From positions 224,668 through 244,667 of the forward strand of contig NC_057753.1 in NCBI RefSeq assembly GCF_004010195.1: 20,000 nucleotides of DNA. Reading direction: 5' to 3'. A model generated the notes under the pieces. That model was not told the origin of the DNA. It saw nothing but the letters and a program-made list of their open reading frames with translations, and ran no database searches. This stretch comes from Chiloscyllium plagiosum. Its lineage: Eukaryota. The position numbers were made by a program, and so were the translations under genes. Of the stretch, positions 10,700 to 19,686 are shown one piece after another. Position 1 is the stretch's first letter. Every line of letters starts with the position of its first letter.

Positions 10700-11500
10700 C
10701 CTGGAATAACCTCCAGCATTCTTGACTGAACTAAGGAGGAATACAATTCTGCTGCTGCTGACACCACAAAAATACCTGTTCTTTTATTTGCTAGGTCCAC
10801 TCAAAGTTTATCCTATTTAGCATAGTAGTGGTGTCATTAGGTAAAAAGGAGGCTGTTCTCAATGTAGCGATGGAACTTTGTCTCCACAGGGGCTATGCAG
10901 CACTAACTCCCACCGGATAGATATATCTGTAATAGGTTGATTTTCCCCTCACGTTGGATCCAGTCGAGCAGTTTGTATCCTTCAGGACTCAAACAATTCA
11001 GTCAGTAAGAGTGCTGCTGAGCCACTACTGGAGATGGACATGGAATCTCTGAGTGCATTCTTGCCACCCTCAGTGCCTCCTCCCAATGTTCAACATGGAG
11101 AAGCACTGATTCATCAGCCAACAGAGAATGGGATTTGGGAAGCGGGTTGGAGGGTTCCTTGCTCATGTTTGATTTGAGGTCATGGCCTGGAACTACAGAG
11201 TCAAGAGTAGAAGCTGAAAATCTCCTGGGGCAAGTCCTTTCTGACTGTATACTACTGTGCCACCACCTGCCTTACAGCAGGGCAGGACATATCCAGGGAT
11301 AGTTGTGGTGGTGATTTCGGTGATATTTTATTTATGGTGCGACTCAGACAATACATCTGGTCAGAACGATCGTTTGATTGGATTTTGGGACAACTATCTG
11401 CAAGCCATGGGTGGACGAGGAGAACGCTGCAGACTCTGTCATGTGTTAGCTGCTGCCATTTCCAGAGCCTACATCGTCGGCAAGTGGTCTGTGGCATTGC
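10700..11500 (-). mobile_element. Old LINE (CR1/L2-like) fragments
   Basis: Similarity to 8905-9282; heavily decayed, so boundaries are approximate. Confidence 0.45.
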
Positions 11501-11549
11501 AATGCTTCGAGACAATTTAACGGTTTGATACAGAGAGTGACCTGGGAAG

Positions 11550-11780
11550 TCGTTTCAGTGGGGCAGTTAAAGCAAACCACATTGCTATGGGTCAAGAGTC
11601 ACACGTCAGGCCACACTGGGTAATGTAGGCCCATACCCTTCCCTAAAAAGGACATTAATGAACCATTTTTTTACGATCTCACAGGTGACAATGATACGTT
11701 TTTCATGGAATTAAAACTTCATGATCTGCCACAATAACAGCAGTCTTCACTCTGCAGTACCATTCTGGTGAAATTACCAC
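11550..11780 (-). mobile_element. Old SINE, same family as 2190-2573
   Basis: Shared body motifs with 2290-2480. Confidence 0.45.
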
Positions 11781-11849
11781 TGTGCTAAATTCCTCTCCAG
11801 GTGGAGGCCATATGGGGAGCACTACAGGCAGTTAGAGTAAAGGGTGCAT

Positions 11850-12630
11850 TATCTGGGTGGCAACCTGTAACTAGCGTGTGCCACAAGGGTTAGTATTGGG
11901 GCCACAGTTTTTAGAATATATACCAATGATTTGGAATCCAGAGGTGAACATAGTTCGTGAGTAACAGGAGGGAAGGCAAGTGGTGAGGATGAAATAGGCT
12001 GCAGAGAGACACACTGACAGGTTGAGAGATTTGACAAAAACTTGGCAGATGGATTGAGTGGAAAAATGCTAGATTATGCACTTTGAAGAGGAGAGAAGCT
12101 GAATATTATTTAAGTGGAGAAAGACTGCAGAACAGAGCAAATTGAGGGTCTGGTGCGTAAATCATAAAAAGCTGGCATCCACTGTCAGCTAGCATCACAG
12201 AATCCCTAGTGTGGAAGTAGGCCATTCAGCCCACCAAGTCCACACCAACCCTCTGAAGAGCATCCCACCCACACCACTACCCTATAACTCTGCATTTCCC
12301 ACGGTTAATCCTCCTAACCAACACATCATGGGCAAGTTAGCACAGCCAACCCATCTAACGTAGAAATTTTTGGGTAACTGGGAAGGCAAATGGAACATTG
12401 GCCTTTATTTAAAAAGGGAAAGGACAAGTAGTGTATAGAGGTCTTGCGACAAGTACAATAGTTACTAGTCAGAGTGCAGCTGGAACACTGAACAATTTTG
12501 GGCATCTGACATTGTAGGCAGTTCACTAGGCTGTACCAGATATGGAGGGGCTGTTTTACCAGGTGAGGTAGAGTAAATTGGCCCGATACTCATTGGAATA
12601 CTGAAGAATGAGAGGTGACCCTACTGAAGC
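11850..12630 (+). mobile_element. Decayed CR1 RT fragment interrupted by a SINE
   Basis: GTGCCACAAGGGTTAGTATTGGGGCCACAG corresponds to VPQG.VLGPQ; collinear with 7890-8540. Confidence 0.75.
12193..12359 (-). mobile_element. HE1/V-SINE-type 3' half
   Basis: Contains the unit amplified at 17240-18002 plus a CR1-like tail. Confidence 0.65.
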
Positions 12631-12633
12631 AGT

Positions 12634-12905
12634 CATGATTTGGAGATGCCGGTGTTGGAACTGGGGTGAACAGCGTTAAAAGTCACACAACGCCAGGTTA
12701 TAGTCCAACAGGTTTAATTGGAAGCACACCAGCTTTCGGAGCGACGCTCCTTTATCAAGTGGTGATAGCGAGACAATGTGTTGAAGGTGTTAGCCCCCTG
12801 TGTTCTCTGTCTATGACCTGATGTTGAGATTGATTCCAATCTAAAAAGTGAAATAACAGAGTTTTACATAAATTCATGCAGTTTTTGAGCAAAGTGCAAT
12901 GTAAC
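12634..12905 (-). mobile_element. Penelope-like element family B terminal fragment
   Basis: Interrupts the CR1 and carries a hammerhead-like motif at 12727-12761; family assigned by recognition. Confidence 0.6.
12727..12761 (-). ncRNA. Minimal hammerhead-like motif (U3-A8 variant, N17=G)
   Basis: CAC UUGAUAA A GGAGC-GUC-GCUCC GAAA GC UG GUG: 3-bp stem I, 5-bp stem II and palindromic AGCU. Confidence 0.55.
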
Positions 12906-13224
12906 CCTCATTGTCCTCCCCCCCCCCTGTACTCAATGACTACGGGGGGGGGGAGGGGGGGGTGGGGCTTGTAGCCACAGGCGGACAATGAGGGAGTCGC
13001 GCGAAGAGGAGAACAATGGGGCGGGGAGGGGCCGTCACCAGAACAATGGGCCGAGCGGCCTCCATTACGCGACTGGATTCCGCGCATGCGCCCATCCCGG
13101 TCTCCCGCTCCGACCGCTAAGATGGCGGGCCGGTTGCCCCTGGCAACGGGGAAGCGCAGCGCTGCCGGGGGAGGGGAAGTGAGACAAAACTAAAACTCCC
13201 TGTGTTTCCTGGAGGACGGGGTCA

Positions 13225-13269
13225 CCACACACTCACACTCACACTCGCACTCTCTCTCTCTCTCTCTCT
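13225..13269. repeat. Compound (CA/CACT)n-(CT)n microsatellite
   Basis: Direct reading of the sequence. Confidence 0.85.
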
Positions 13270-13283
13270 GGGGAATGTCTTAC

Positions 13284-13321
13284 CTGCTCCAGCCGGACGG
13301 ACGGACTGACGGCGCGTCCAT
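13284..13321 (-). CDS. Putative first coding exon of an unidentified minus-strand gene (MDAPSVRPSGWS-R, phase 2)
   Basis: Strong Kozak context GTGAAGATGG and consensus donor CAG|GTAAGA at 13284/13283. Two NRF1-like GCGCCTGCGC motifs lie just upstream. It could instead be a 5'UTR exon. Confidence 0.5.
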
Positions 13322-13960
13322 CTTCACCCGCCCATCACCACCAGCTCTGCTGCGCCTGCGCGGTGATCCCTCTGCGCCTGCGCGGTAGCTCCAGCCGCCT
13401 CCCCGCTCCCCACCCTCCGGGAAAAAAAATAGGGACGGGGCCGCGCCCCGCTCCGTGCGGACATGCGCGCGCACGCACACGCACACACAGCAAAGGCAGA
13501 GGCGGCCCGGCGACAGGGCCCCGCTTCGTCCGTCACCGCCGCCGCCGCCAACAACAACACCCTGCACCGGTGGATCGGCCGCAACAGCCGGTTATTTTTT
13601 AGGGTGAGGAGGAGGACGGGACGGACTGTGGTGGCCGGGGGGGGGGGGAAACCGGCGGCTGCCCCCGCGCGGCGCACCACGGGAATGGTGGGTGGGTGCA
13701 GCTGCCCCCCCACGGCACGGGGCCGCCGCTGGGGAGGGGAAGGGGAAGGGGAAGGGGCGGGGCCTCCGGTTCCCAGGCAACGTGGCGCCCGGCCCCGCCT
13801 ACTCGCCAGCTCGCGCCGACGTGCGCGTTCCCGTCTCCCCTTCCAACCAGCAGCCGCGTGCGCGATGACGTCACTGCGCCCCTTTCGCGCTCTCCCTCCA
13901 CTCCCCCAGGGGGGGCGCGCCTTCAACTATTGCGCGCGATCGCGCGGGACCTTCCCTCTC

Positions 13961-13992
13961 CGTGCGTGTGTGTGTGCGCGCGCGCGCGCGCG
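13961..13992. repeat. Alternating purine-pyrimidine (TG)n(CG)n tract
   Basis: 32 bp of uninterrupted alternation. Confidence 0.85.
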
Positions 13993-14997
13993 AGCGAGAG
14001 GGAGAGAGCGAAACACCTTTCCCCCAGCTCCGACTGGACCGCTCGGTGGAACGGCCGCTGACCGACAGCGAGCGGCGGCCAATGGGGAGACGGGGTGCCG
14101 GGCCGCTCCATTGTTCGGCGCGCGGCCAATGGCGGAGCGGCCAGGGGGCGGGACTTGCGGCGGCCGGCCCAGACTGAGGCCGGAGTCTCTTTGTCTCCCA
14201 GCGCAGCCTCTGTGCCAGGGCCCCGGCCTTGGTGCTGCTGCAGCAGCTGCAGGCCAGGCATAGGCGCCCAGGCCTTGGGTGGGTGGGGGACGGGGGACTG
14301 GGGACGGGAGGGGGGGTGGGGTGGCGTGGCGTGGCGTGGCCAGACGGGGTTGGTTGGTGCAACCCACCCTTCCCTCCACTCCACTCCATGTCATTGCAAC
14401 CTGCGGCCCTGCACCCAGATTTCATGGTAGATGCACGTTTCCTCTTTATTTGCAAAAAAAAATGTTCTAAGCAAACCAAAAAGCGAAGAGATCGGGAGAT
14501 CTGTTTGCAATCCCTGAAGGAATCTGCAGCCTGTGGTTGGTTCGTGCCAGAATTATTATTATTTTCAACCTTACCACCCCCTTAATCCCATCTCTTTTAT
14601 TTTCTTCCCCCTCCTTTCTCTCTCCTGCAATTGCATTTTTTTTATTGGGAGGGTGTGTGTGTGTGTCTGGATGTTAAAGGGGGCAGGCTCTTCTTAAAGG
14701 GGCAGTTCTTTTTCGGAGGAGGGAGGCTCTTTGGCTGGTGGTGTGGGTTACAGAGAGCCCACCACTCTGGGGTCTCCTGCTGTGATGGTGCTGAAAAGTA
14801 CAGCCCCCTCAAGCCAGTTGCCAAGTTGATAGGTGACCCAGAGGGGGCAAAGAGCTTTCCCTAACGTTCTTCTCCTTTTGTCCGGAAGGCGGTGGAGGAC
14901 ACCTCAGCACCAAATGACCCCCCGTCTCCGAATGTGGATGGTAGGTGGGAAGGGATGTGGCAGTCCGCTAGTCAAAGAGACCGGATCTCTGTCAGTC

Positions 14998-15329
14998 GGG
15001 GTGGCATAGTGGTTTAGCACCGCTGCTTCACCGTGCCAGGGACACAGCTTCAGTTCCAGCCTGGGGTGAAGGTGTAACTGCAGTTTGCAGGATCTATTCC
15101 CCACCCCTCCTTGCCCCCCCCCCCATGTCTGCTTGGGGTTTGCGCCAGGTGCACTCGCACCATCCAAAGATGTGCAGGTTGGTTTTGGGTGGTTAGGCCG
15201 TGCTAAATCGACCCGTCGTGTCCTGGGAGGCGTCGGCTGGGTGGGTTAGCCGTAGGGAAACGTTGGGCACTCTTAAAAGGGTTGGTGCAGACTGGACAGG
15301 CCGAATGCGCTTTCGGGATTCTGTGAATT
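14998..15329 (+). mobile_element. Diverged near-full-length HE1/V-SINE-type element
   Basis: A-box TGGCATAGTGG, core CCAAAGATGTGCAGGTT...GGCCGTGCTAAAT and a CR1-like tail. Confidence 0.75.
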
Positions 15330-15489
15330 GGCTCGGGGGGGTACCCTTTCTGTGGTAAATGGGAAAGGGAGTGACTGCTGAATGATCTACTCCAGCGCCC
15401 TAATGCGTGGCCTGATTTGCCTTTTGTTTTCTCTGGTTTACGGAATCTGGGGTACTGGGTGGTCAATGGGGAAACCGGGATGAAGACGT

Positions 15490-15615
15490 TTGGATAAGTA
15501 CGCAAAGAGGTAAGGTTTGGATGGATGTGGCCCGGGGGCAGGCAAGTGAGGCTAGCTTAGTTTGGGATTATGGACTGCTTGGACCGAAGGGTCTGTTTCC
15601 GTGCTTTGTGACTGT
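15490..15615 (+). mobile_element. CR1 3' tail fragment
   Basis: GGACCGAAGGGTCTGTTTCCGTGCT matches the other tails. Confidence 0.7.
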
Positions 15616-16142
15616 AATAAAGGGAGTTCCATTTGCTCTGGGGGAAGTGATGGGGGCTCTAGCTTTTGCGCATGGAGCAGCGATCGTAACCCTGAAAGGT
15701 GGAATCGCTCCTCCCACCAACCCCGCAAACTTTGTAAAGCATAAGGAGTTAAAAGCAGAGGTAACCCTTTGGTCCCTGTCTAAGCCTATGGCACTATATG
15801 CATTGAGACCCAGGCTGTTCTCCTGCCTTGGTTTCATCTTCCTGCCACCTCTCCATCTGGAGACGTCTCTATTCCCTCCAAAACGAAGTGTCACGGCTTA
15901 AGGGATCGCAGGGGGTGAGGGGGACATTTGTCTTCCCCTTCTTGCCCCCTCTCGGAGGTGGTGAGAGTCTTTGCAATTCCCTACCTCCAAAGGCAGTGGA
16001 CGCAGGACCTTTTAAATATCTCCAAGACAAAGGTAGGTAGATTCTCGATGGGGGTGAGAGATTACCCGGGGTGGGGGGGGTGCGGCATGTGGAGTTGAGG
16101 TTAGCCATCAGAGGAGCCGCTGCTTGGCAGAGCAGAACAATG

Positions 16143-16418
16143 AGTCAGAGTCATAGAGATGTACAGCACGGAAACAGACCCTTCGGTCCAACCCGTCCAT
16201 GCCGACCAGATATCCCAACCCAATCTAGTCCCACCTGCCAGCACCCGGCCCATATCCCTTCAAACCCTTCCTATTCATATACCCATCCAGATGCCTCTTA
16301 AATGTTGCAATTGTACCAGCCTCCACCACATCCTCTAGCAGCTCATTCCATACACGTACCACCCTCTGTGTGAAAGAGTTTCCCCTTAGATCCCTTTTAT
16401 ATTTTTCCCCTCTCACCT
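16143..16418 (-). mobile_element. Young 5'-truncated CR1/HER1-type 3' end
   Basis: RGEKYKRDLRGNSFTQRVVRVWNELLEDVVEAGTIATFKRHLD is uninterrupted and followed by a GACTCT-type tail. Confidence 0.92.
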
Positions 16419-17103
16419 TGCCTACTGTTGTTGGTATGTTCCAACAGACTGGAACGTCTGAGTGCCCGCAACTCCGAGGTTAGGGAATTCTGAAGATCCA
16501 CGTCCCTTCGAGTTAAGGAATCACTTGGAATTTCTAAACGGCGGGTCCTCAACACCTCAAACGCAGTTCTGCACCCACCTTCCGAATTCTCCACGCTTCC
16601 CAAATCACGAACCTCTTCCTTGCTGAGCCCCTCCCGTGATTTCCCTTCGGCGAAGTGGAGCTGAGGGCGGTCAGGACCCGGATGGGCCGAGCGGCCTACT
16701 TCTCAGGGAGACTAGCTCCCGTCGGATGAAGGCCCGGTTGACCCATTCCTGGCACGTTTCGGAAATCAGCTCAAGGGACAGTTCCCCATTCACACCCCTC
16801 CCCAGTATGTCAGGCTCGTACTGACCTCCCTCCAATCACAGGCTTGAGCCCCTTTTGACCTGGCTCGTTAGGAACGCCCAGGCTTGCAAAGCGCCAGGCT
16901 CGGAGAGGAGGGAGAGCCTGGTGGAGGGGTGGGGTGGGGTGGGCAGGATTTGATAGCTTTAGGATGAAAGGCAGCTGGCAGAGCATTCCACAAGAAGTAA
17001 GACTGTCCGTTCCCCACGGCCTACCTGGGCTGACACTGACAGGTTGAGGAAACCCCCTTAAGGAGCTGGTGAGAAGGGTAGGATTGGTGCCAGACCACGA
17101 GAG

Positions 17104-17226
17104 CAGCACCGTGGCTCAGTGGTTAGTGCTGCTGCCTCTCAGGGAGCCCAGGGATCGATCCCACCCTCGGAGCGATTGCCCTGTGTGGAGTTTGCACTCT
17201 CTCCCTCATGTCTGTGCGGGTTTTCC
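17104..17226 (+). mobile_element. HE1/V-SINE-type 5' part
   Basis: A-box TGGCTCAGTGG and CTGTGTGGAGTTTGCAC; inverted homologue of 18030-18155. Confidence 0.8.
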
Positions 17227-17239
17227 TGCATTATTGGCA

Positions 17240-18002
17240 AATTTAGCATGGCCTATCCATCCTAACCTGCACATCCATGGGCACTGTGGGTAATTTAGAA
17301 CGGCCAGTCCATCCTAACCTGCGCATCCATGGGCACTGTGGGTAATTTAGAACGGCCAGTCCATCCTTACCTGCACAGCCCAGGGCACTATGGGTAATTT
17401 AGAACGGCCAGTCCATCCTAACCTGCACATCCATGGGCACTATGGGTAATTTAGTATGGCCAGTCCATCCTAACTTGCACATCCCTGGACACAATGGGTA
17501 AGTTAGCATGGCCAATCCACCCTAACCTGCACATCACTGGGCACTGTGGGTAATTTAGTATGGCCAGTCCATCCTAACTTGCACATCCCTGGACACAATG
17601 GGTAAGTTAGCATGGCCAATCCACCCTAACCTGCACATCCCTGGGCACTATGGGTAATTTAGCACGGCCAATCCACCCTAACCTGCACATCCCTGGGCAC
17701 TGTGGCTAATTTAGCAAGGCCAATTCACCCTGACCTGCACATCCCTGGGCACTGTGGGTAATTTAGCATGGCCTATCAATCCTAACCTGCACATCCATGG
17801 GCACTGTGGGTAATTTAGCACGGCCAATCCACCCTAACCTGCACATCCCTGGGCACTGTGGGTAATTTAACACGGCCAGTCCATCCTAACCTGCACATCC
17901 CTGGGCACTGTGGGTAATTTAGCACGGCCAGTCCATCCTAACCTGCACAACCCAGGGCACTATGGGTAATTTAGCACGGCCAATCCACCCTGACCTGCAC
18001 AC
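17240..18002. repeat. 52-bp minisatellite, ~14.7 units, derived from the SINE body
   Basis: Unit AATTTAGCAYGGCCARTCCAYCCTAACCTGCACATCCCTGGGCACTRTGGGT starts every 52 bp from 17240 to 17968. Confidence 0.97.
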
Positions 18003-18155
18003 CTTTGGACTGTGGGAGGAAACCGGAGCACCCGGAGGAAACCCACACAGACACGGGGAGAATGTGCAAACTCCACACAGACAGTCGCCGGAGGCCGGAA
18101 TTGAACCCGGGTCTCTGGTGCTGTGAGGCAGCAGTGCTAACCCACTGAGCCACCG
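17968..18155 (-). mobile_element. HE1/V-SINE-type element, intact tRNA-derived head
   Basis: A-box TGGCTCAGTGG (18152-18142) and B-box GGTTCAATTCC (18107-18097). V-domain-like GTGGGTTTCCTCCGGGTGCTCCGGTTTCCTCCCAC. Runs directly into the minisatellite. Confidence 0.9.
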
Positions 18156-18433
18156 GGCCCCTTCTTTGAGCTTTTTTTTTTTCTGTGTGTTTTTTTTTCC
18201 CTTTTGTCAGAGCTGCTTTCCCCTTCCCGCGGGTTTCTCTGCTGGACTGATGGAAATCTCTTTTCTGTGAATCTCTCTGGCGCTGTGAGGCAGCAGTGCT
18301 AACCCACTGAGCCACCGGGCCCCTTCTTTGAGCTTTTTTTTTCTGTGTGTTTTTTTTTCCCTTTTGTCAGAGCTGCTTTCCCCTTCCCGCGGGTTTCTCT
18401 GCTGGACTGATGGAAATCTCTTTTCTGTGAATC
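18112..18433. repeat. Near-perfect ~160-bp tandem duplication
   Basis: 18112-18273 vs 18274-18433 differ by one substitution and T-run length. Confidence 0.93.
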
Positions 18434-18555
18434 CCTTTTCCGCAGAGGACCGGCCAGCGAGGGTGTGTGGGCGAGGACCCCCCGGAGAGACAGCGGCCTG
18501 GGCTGAGAATCTGACGGAGGCTTCCCGGGAGCGGGGGCCCCGGCGCCGCCGCGGC

Positions 18556-19686
18556 ATGGAGACGGCGAACGGCAAGCCGGCCGGCGAGGGGAAGGCGGCG
18601 GGGCGCCGGGCCGCGGGCGAGGGGCGCCCCCGGGAGAAGACGCACAAGTGCGGCGACTGCGGCAAGAGCTACCACACCCAGTCGGAGCTGGAGACCCACC
18701 GGCGCGGGCACACCGGCGAGCGCCCCTTCTGCTGCCCGGTCTGCGAGAAGGGCTTCACCCGCTCCTCGGACCTGCGGGTGCACCAGCGGGTGCACACCGG
18801 CGAGCGGCCCTTCGCCTGCCCGGTCTGCGAGAAGAGCTTCACCCGCTCGTCGCACCTGCTGACCCACCAGCGGGTGCACACCGGCGAGCGGCCCTACAGC
18901 TGCTCGGTCTGCGGCAAGGGCTTCACCCAGCTCTCCAACCGGCTGCGGCACCAGCGGCTGCACACCGGCGAGCGGCCCTTCACCTGCCCGGTGTGCCGCA
19001 AGGGCTTCACCGACTCCTCCACCCTGCTGCGGCACCAGCGGCTGCACACCGAGGAGCGGCCCTTCACCTGCTCGGTGTGCGGCAAGGGCTTCACCCGCTC
19101 GCCGCACCTGCTGACCCACCAGCGGGTGCACACCGGCGAGCGGCCCTTCTCCTGCTCGGTGTGCGGCCGTCGCTTTACTCAGTCCTCCCACCTGCTGACC
19201 CACCAGCACAGCCACACCGGGGAGAGGCCCTTCCGCTGCTCGGTGTGCGGCCGCGGCTTCACCCAGCTCTCCCTGCTGCTGGCCCACCAGCACCTGCACG
19301 CCGAGAACAACCCAGTCAAGTACCCGGACGGCGAGGAGCCGGGCGCCGGCGAGGAGGAGGGCAGCCAGGGGGTGGCAACGCCCGCCCTGCTGCCCCCGCC
19401 CCCGCTGGGGCCCCCCCGGCCTGCCCAGGCCGGCGAGCGGCCCTTCAAGTGCTCGGTGTGCGCCAAGGCCTTCACCTGCCTCTCCCACCTGCTGCGGCAC
19501 CTGCGGGTGCACAGCGGCGAGCGGCCCTTCCAGTGCACCGTCTGCGAGAAGGGCTTCACCCAGTCGTCCAGCCTGCTCACCCACCAGCGCATCCACACCG
19601 GCGAGCGGCCCTTCTCCTGCTCGCAGTGTGGCAAGGGCTTCTCCCGCTCCTCCCACCTCCTTCGGCACCAGAGAGTGCACGTTTGA
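18556..19686 (+). CDS. C2H2 zinc-finger protein, 11 fingers (8+3), 376 aa from the first in-frame ATG
   Basis: Repeated C-X2-C-X12-H-X3-H with TGERP linkers. Kozak GCCGCGGCATGG. Acceptors at 18370 and 18445 leave the frame open, so an upstream exon may extend the N-terminus. Confidence 0.93.
   Translation: METANGKPAGEGKAAGRRAAGEGRPREKTHKCGDCGKSYHTQSELETHRRGHTGERPFCCPVCEKGFTRSSDLRVHQRVHTGERPFACPVCEKSFTRSSHLLTHQRVHTGERPYSCSVCGKGFTQLSNRLRHQRLHTGERPFTCPVCRKGFTDSSTLLRHQRLHTEERPFTCSVCGKGFTRSPHLLTHQRVHTGERPFSCSVCGRRFTQSSHLLTHQHSHTGERPFRCSVCGRGFTQLSLLLAHQHLHAENNPVKYPDGEEPGAGEEEGSQGVATPALLPPPPLGPPRPAQAGERPFKCSVCAKAFTCLSHLLRHLRVHSGERPFQCTVCEKGFTQSSSLLTHQRIHTGERPFSCSQCGKGFSRSSHLLRHQRVHV

Larger units (their letters stand above)
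12950..14350. promoter_or_regulatory. CpG island / bidirectional promoter region
   Basis: Very GC- and CpG-dense. NRF1-type GCGCATGCGC at 13082; YY1-type AAGATGGCGG at 13119; RFX X-box GTTGCCCCTGGCAAC at 13133; CRE TGACGTCA at 13866; CCAAT at 14079 and 14126; GC box at 14144. Confidence 0.9.

Noticed and set aside
14160..14284. ZNF first exon ending at TGG|GTGGGT (14278)
   Set aside because: Plausible downstream of the CCAAT/GC boxes, but the donor is weak in G-rich sequence and there is no transcript evidence.
13324..14585. Many long ORFs in the CpG island
   Set aside because: Stop-codon scarcity in GC-rich DNA; low-complexity R/G/A/P translations on both strands.
16872..16996. Possible internal exon (TTAG|...GAA|GTAAGA)
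   Set aside because: Splice-like motifs only, with no recognisable coding signal.
17240..18002. CRISPR-like regular array
   Set aside because: No unique spacers and no cas genes; units are SINE-derived and the context is eukaryotic.
18085..18155. tRNA gene
   Set aside because: A/B boxes belong to a SINE head that continues into the SINE body; no complete cloverleaf was supported.
18328..18555. 452-aa ORF start at 18328
   Set aside because: Starts at TTG within a polypyrimidine tract that is probably intronic.
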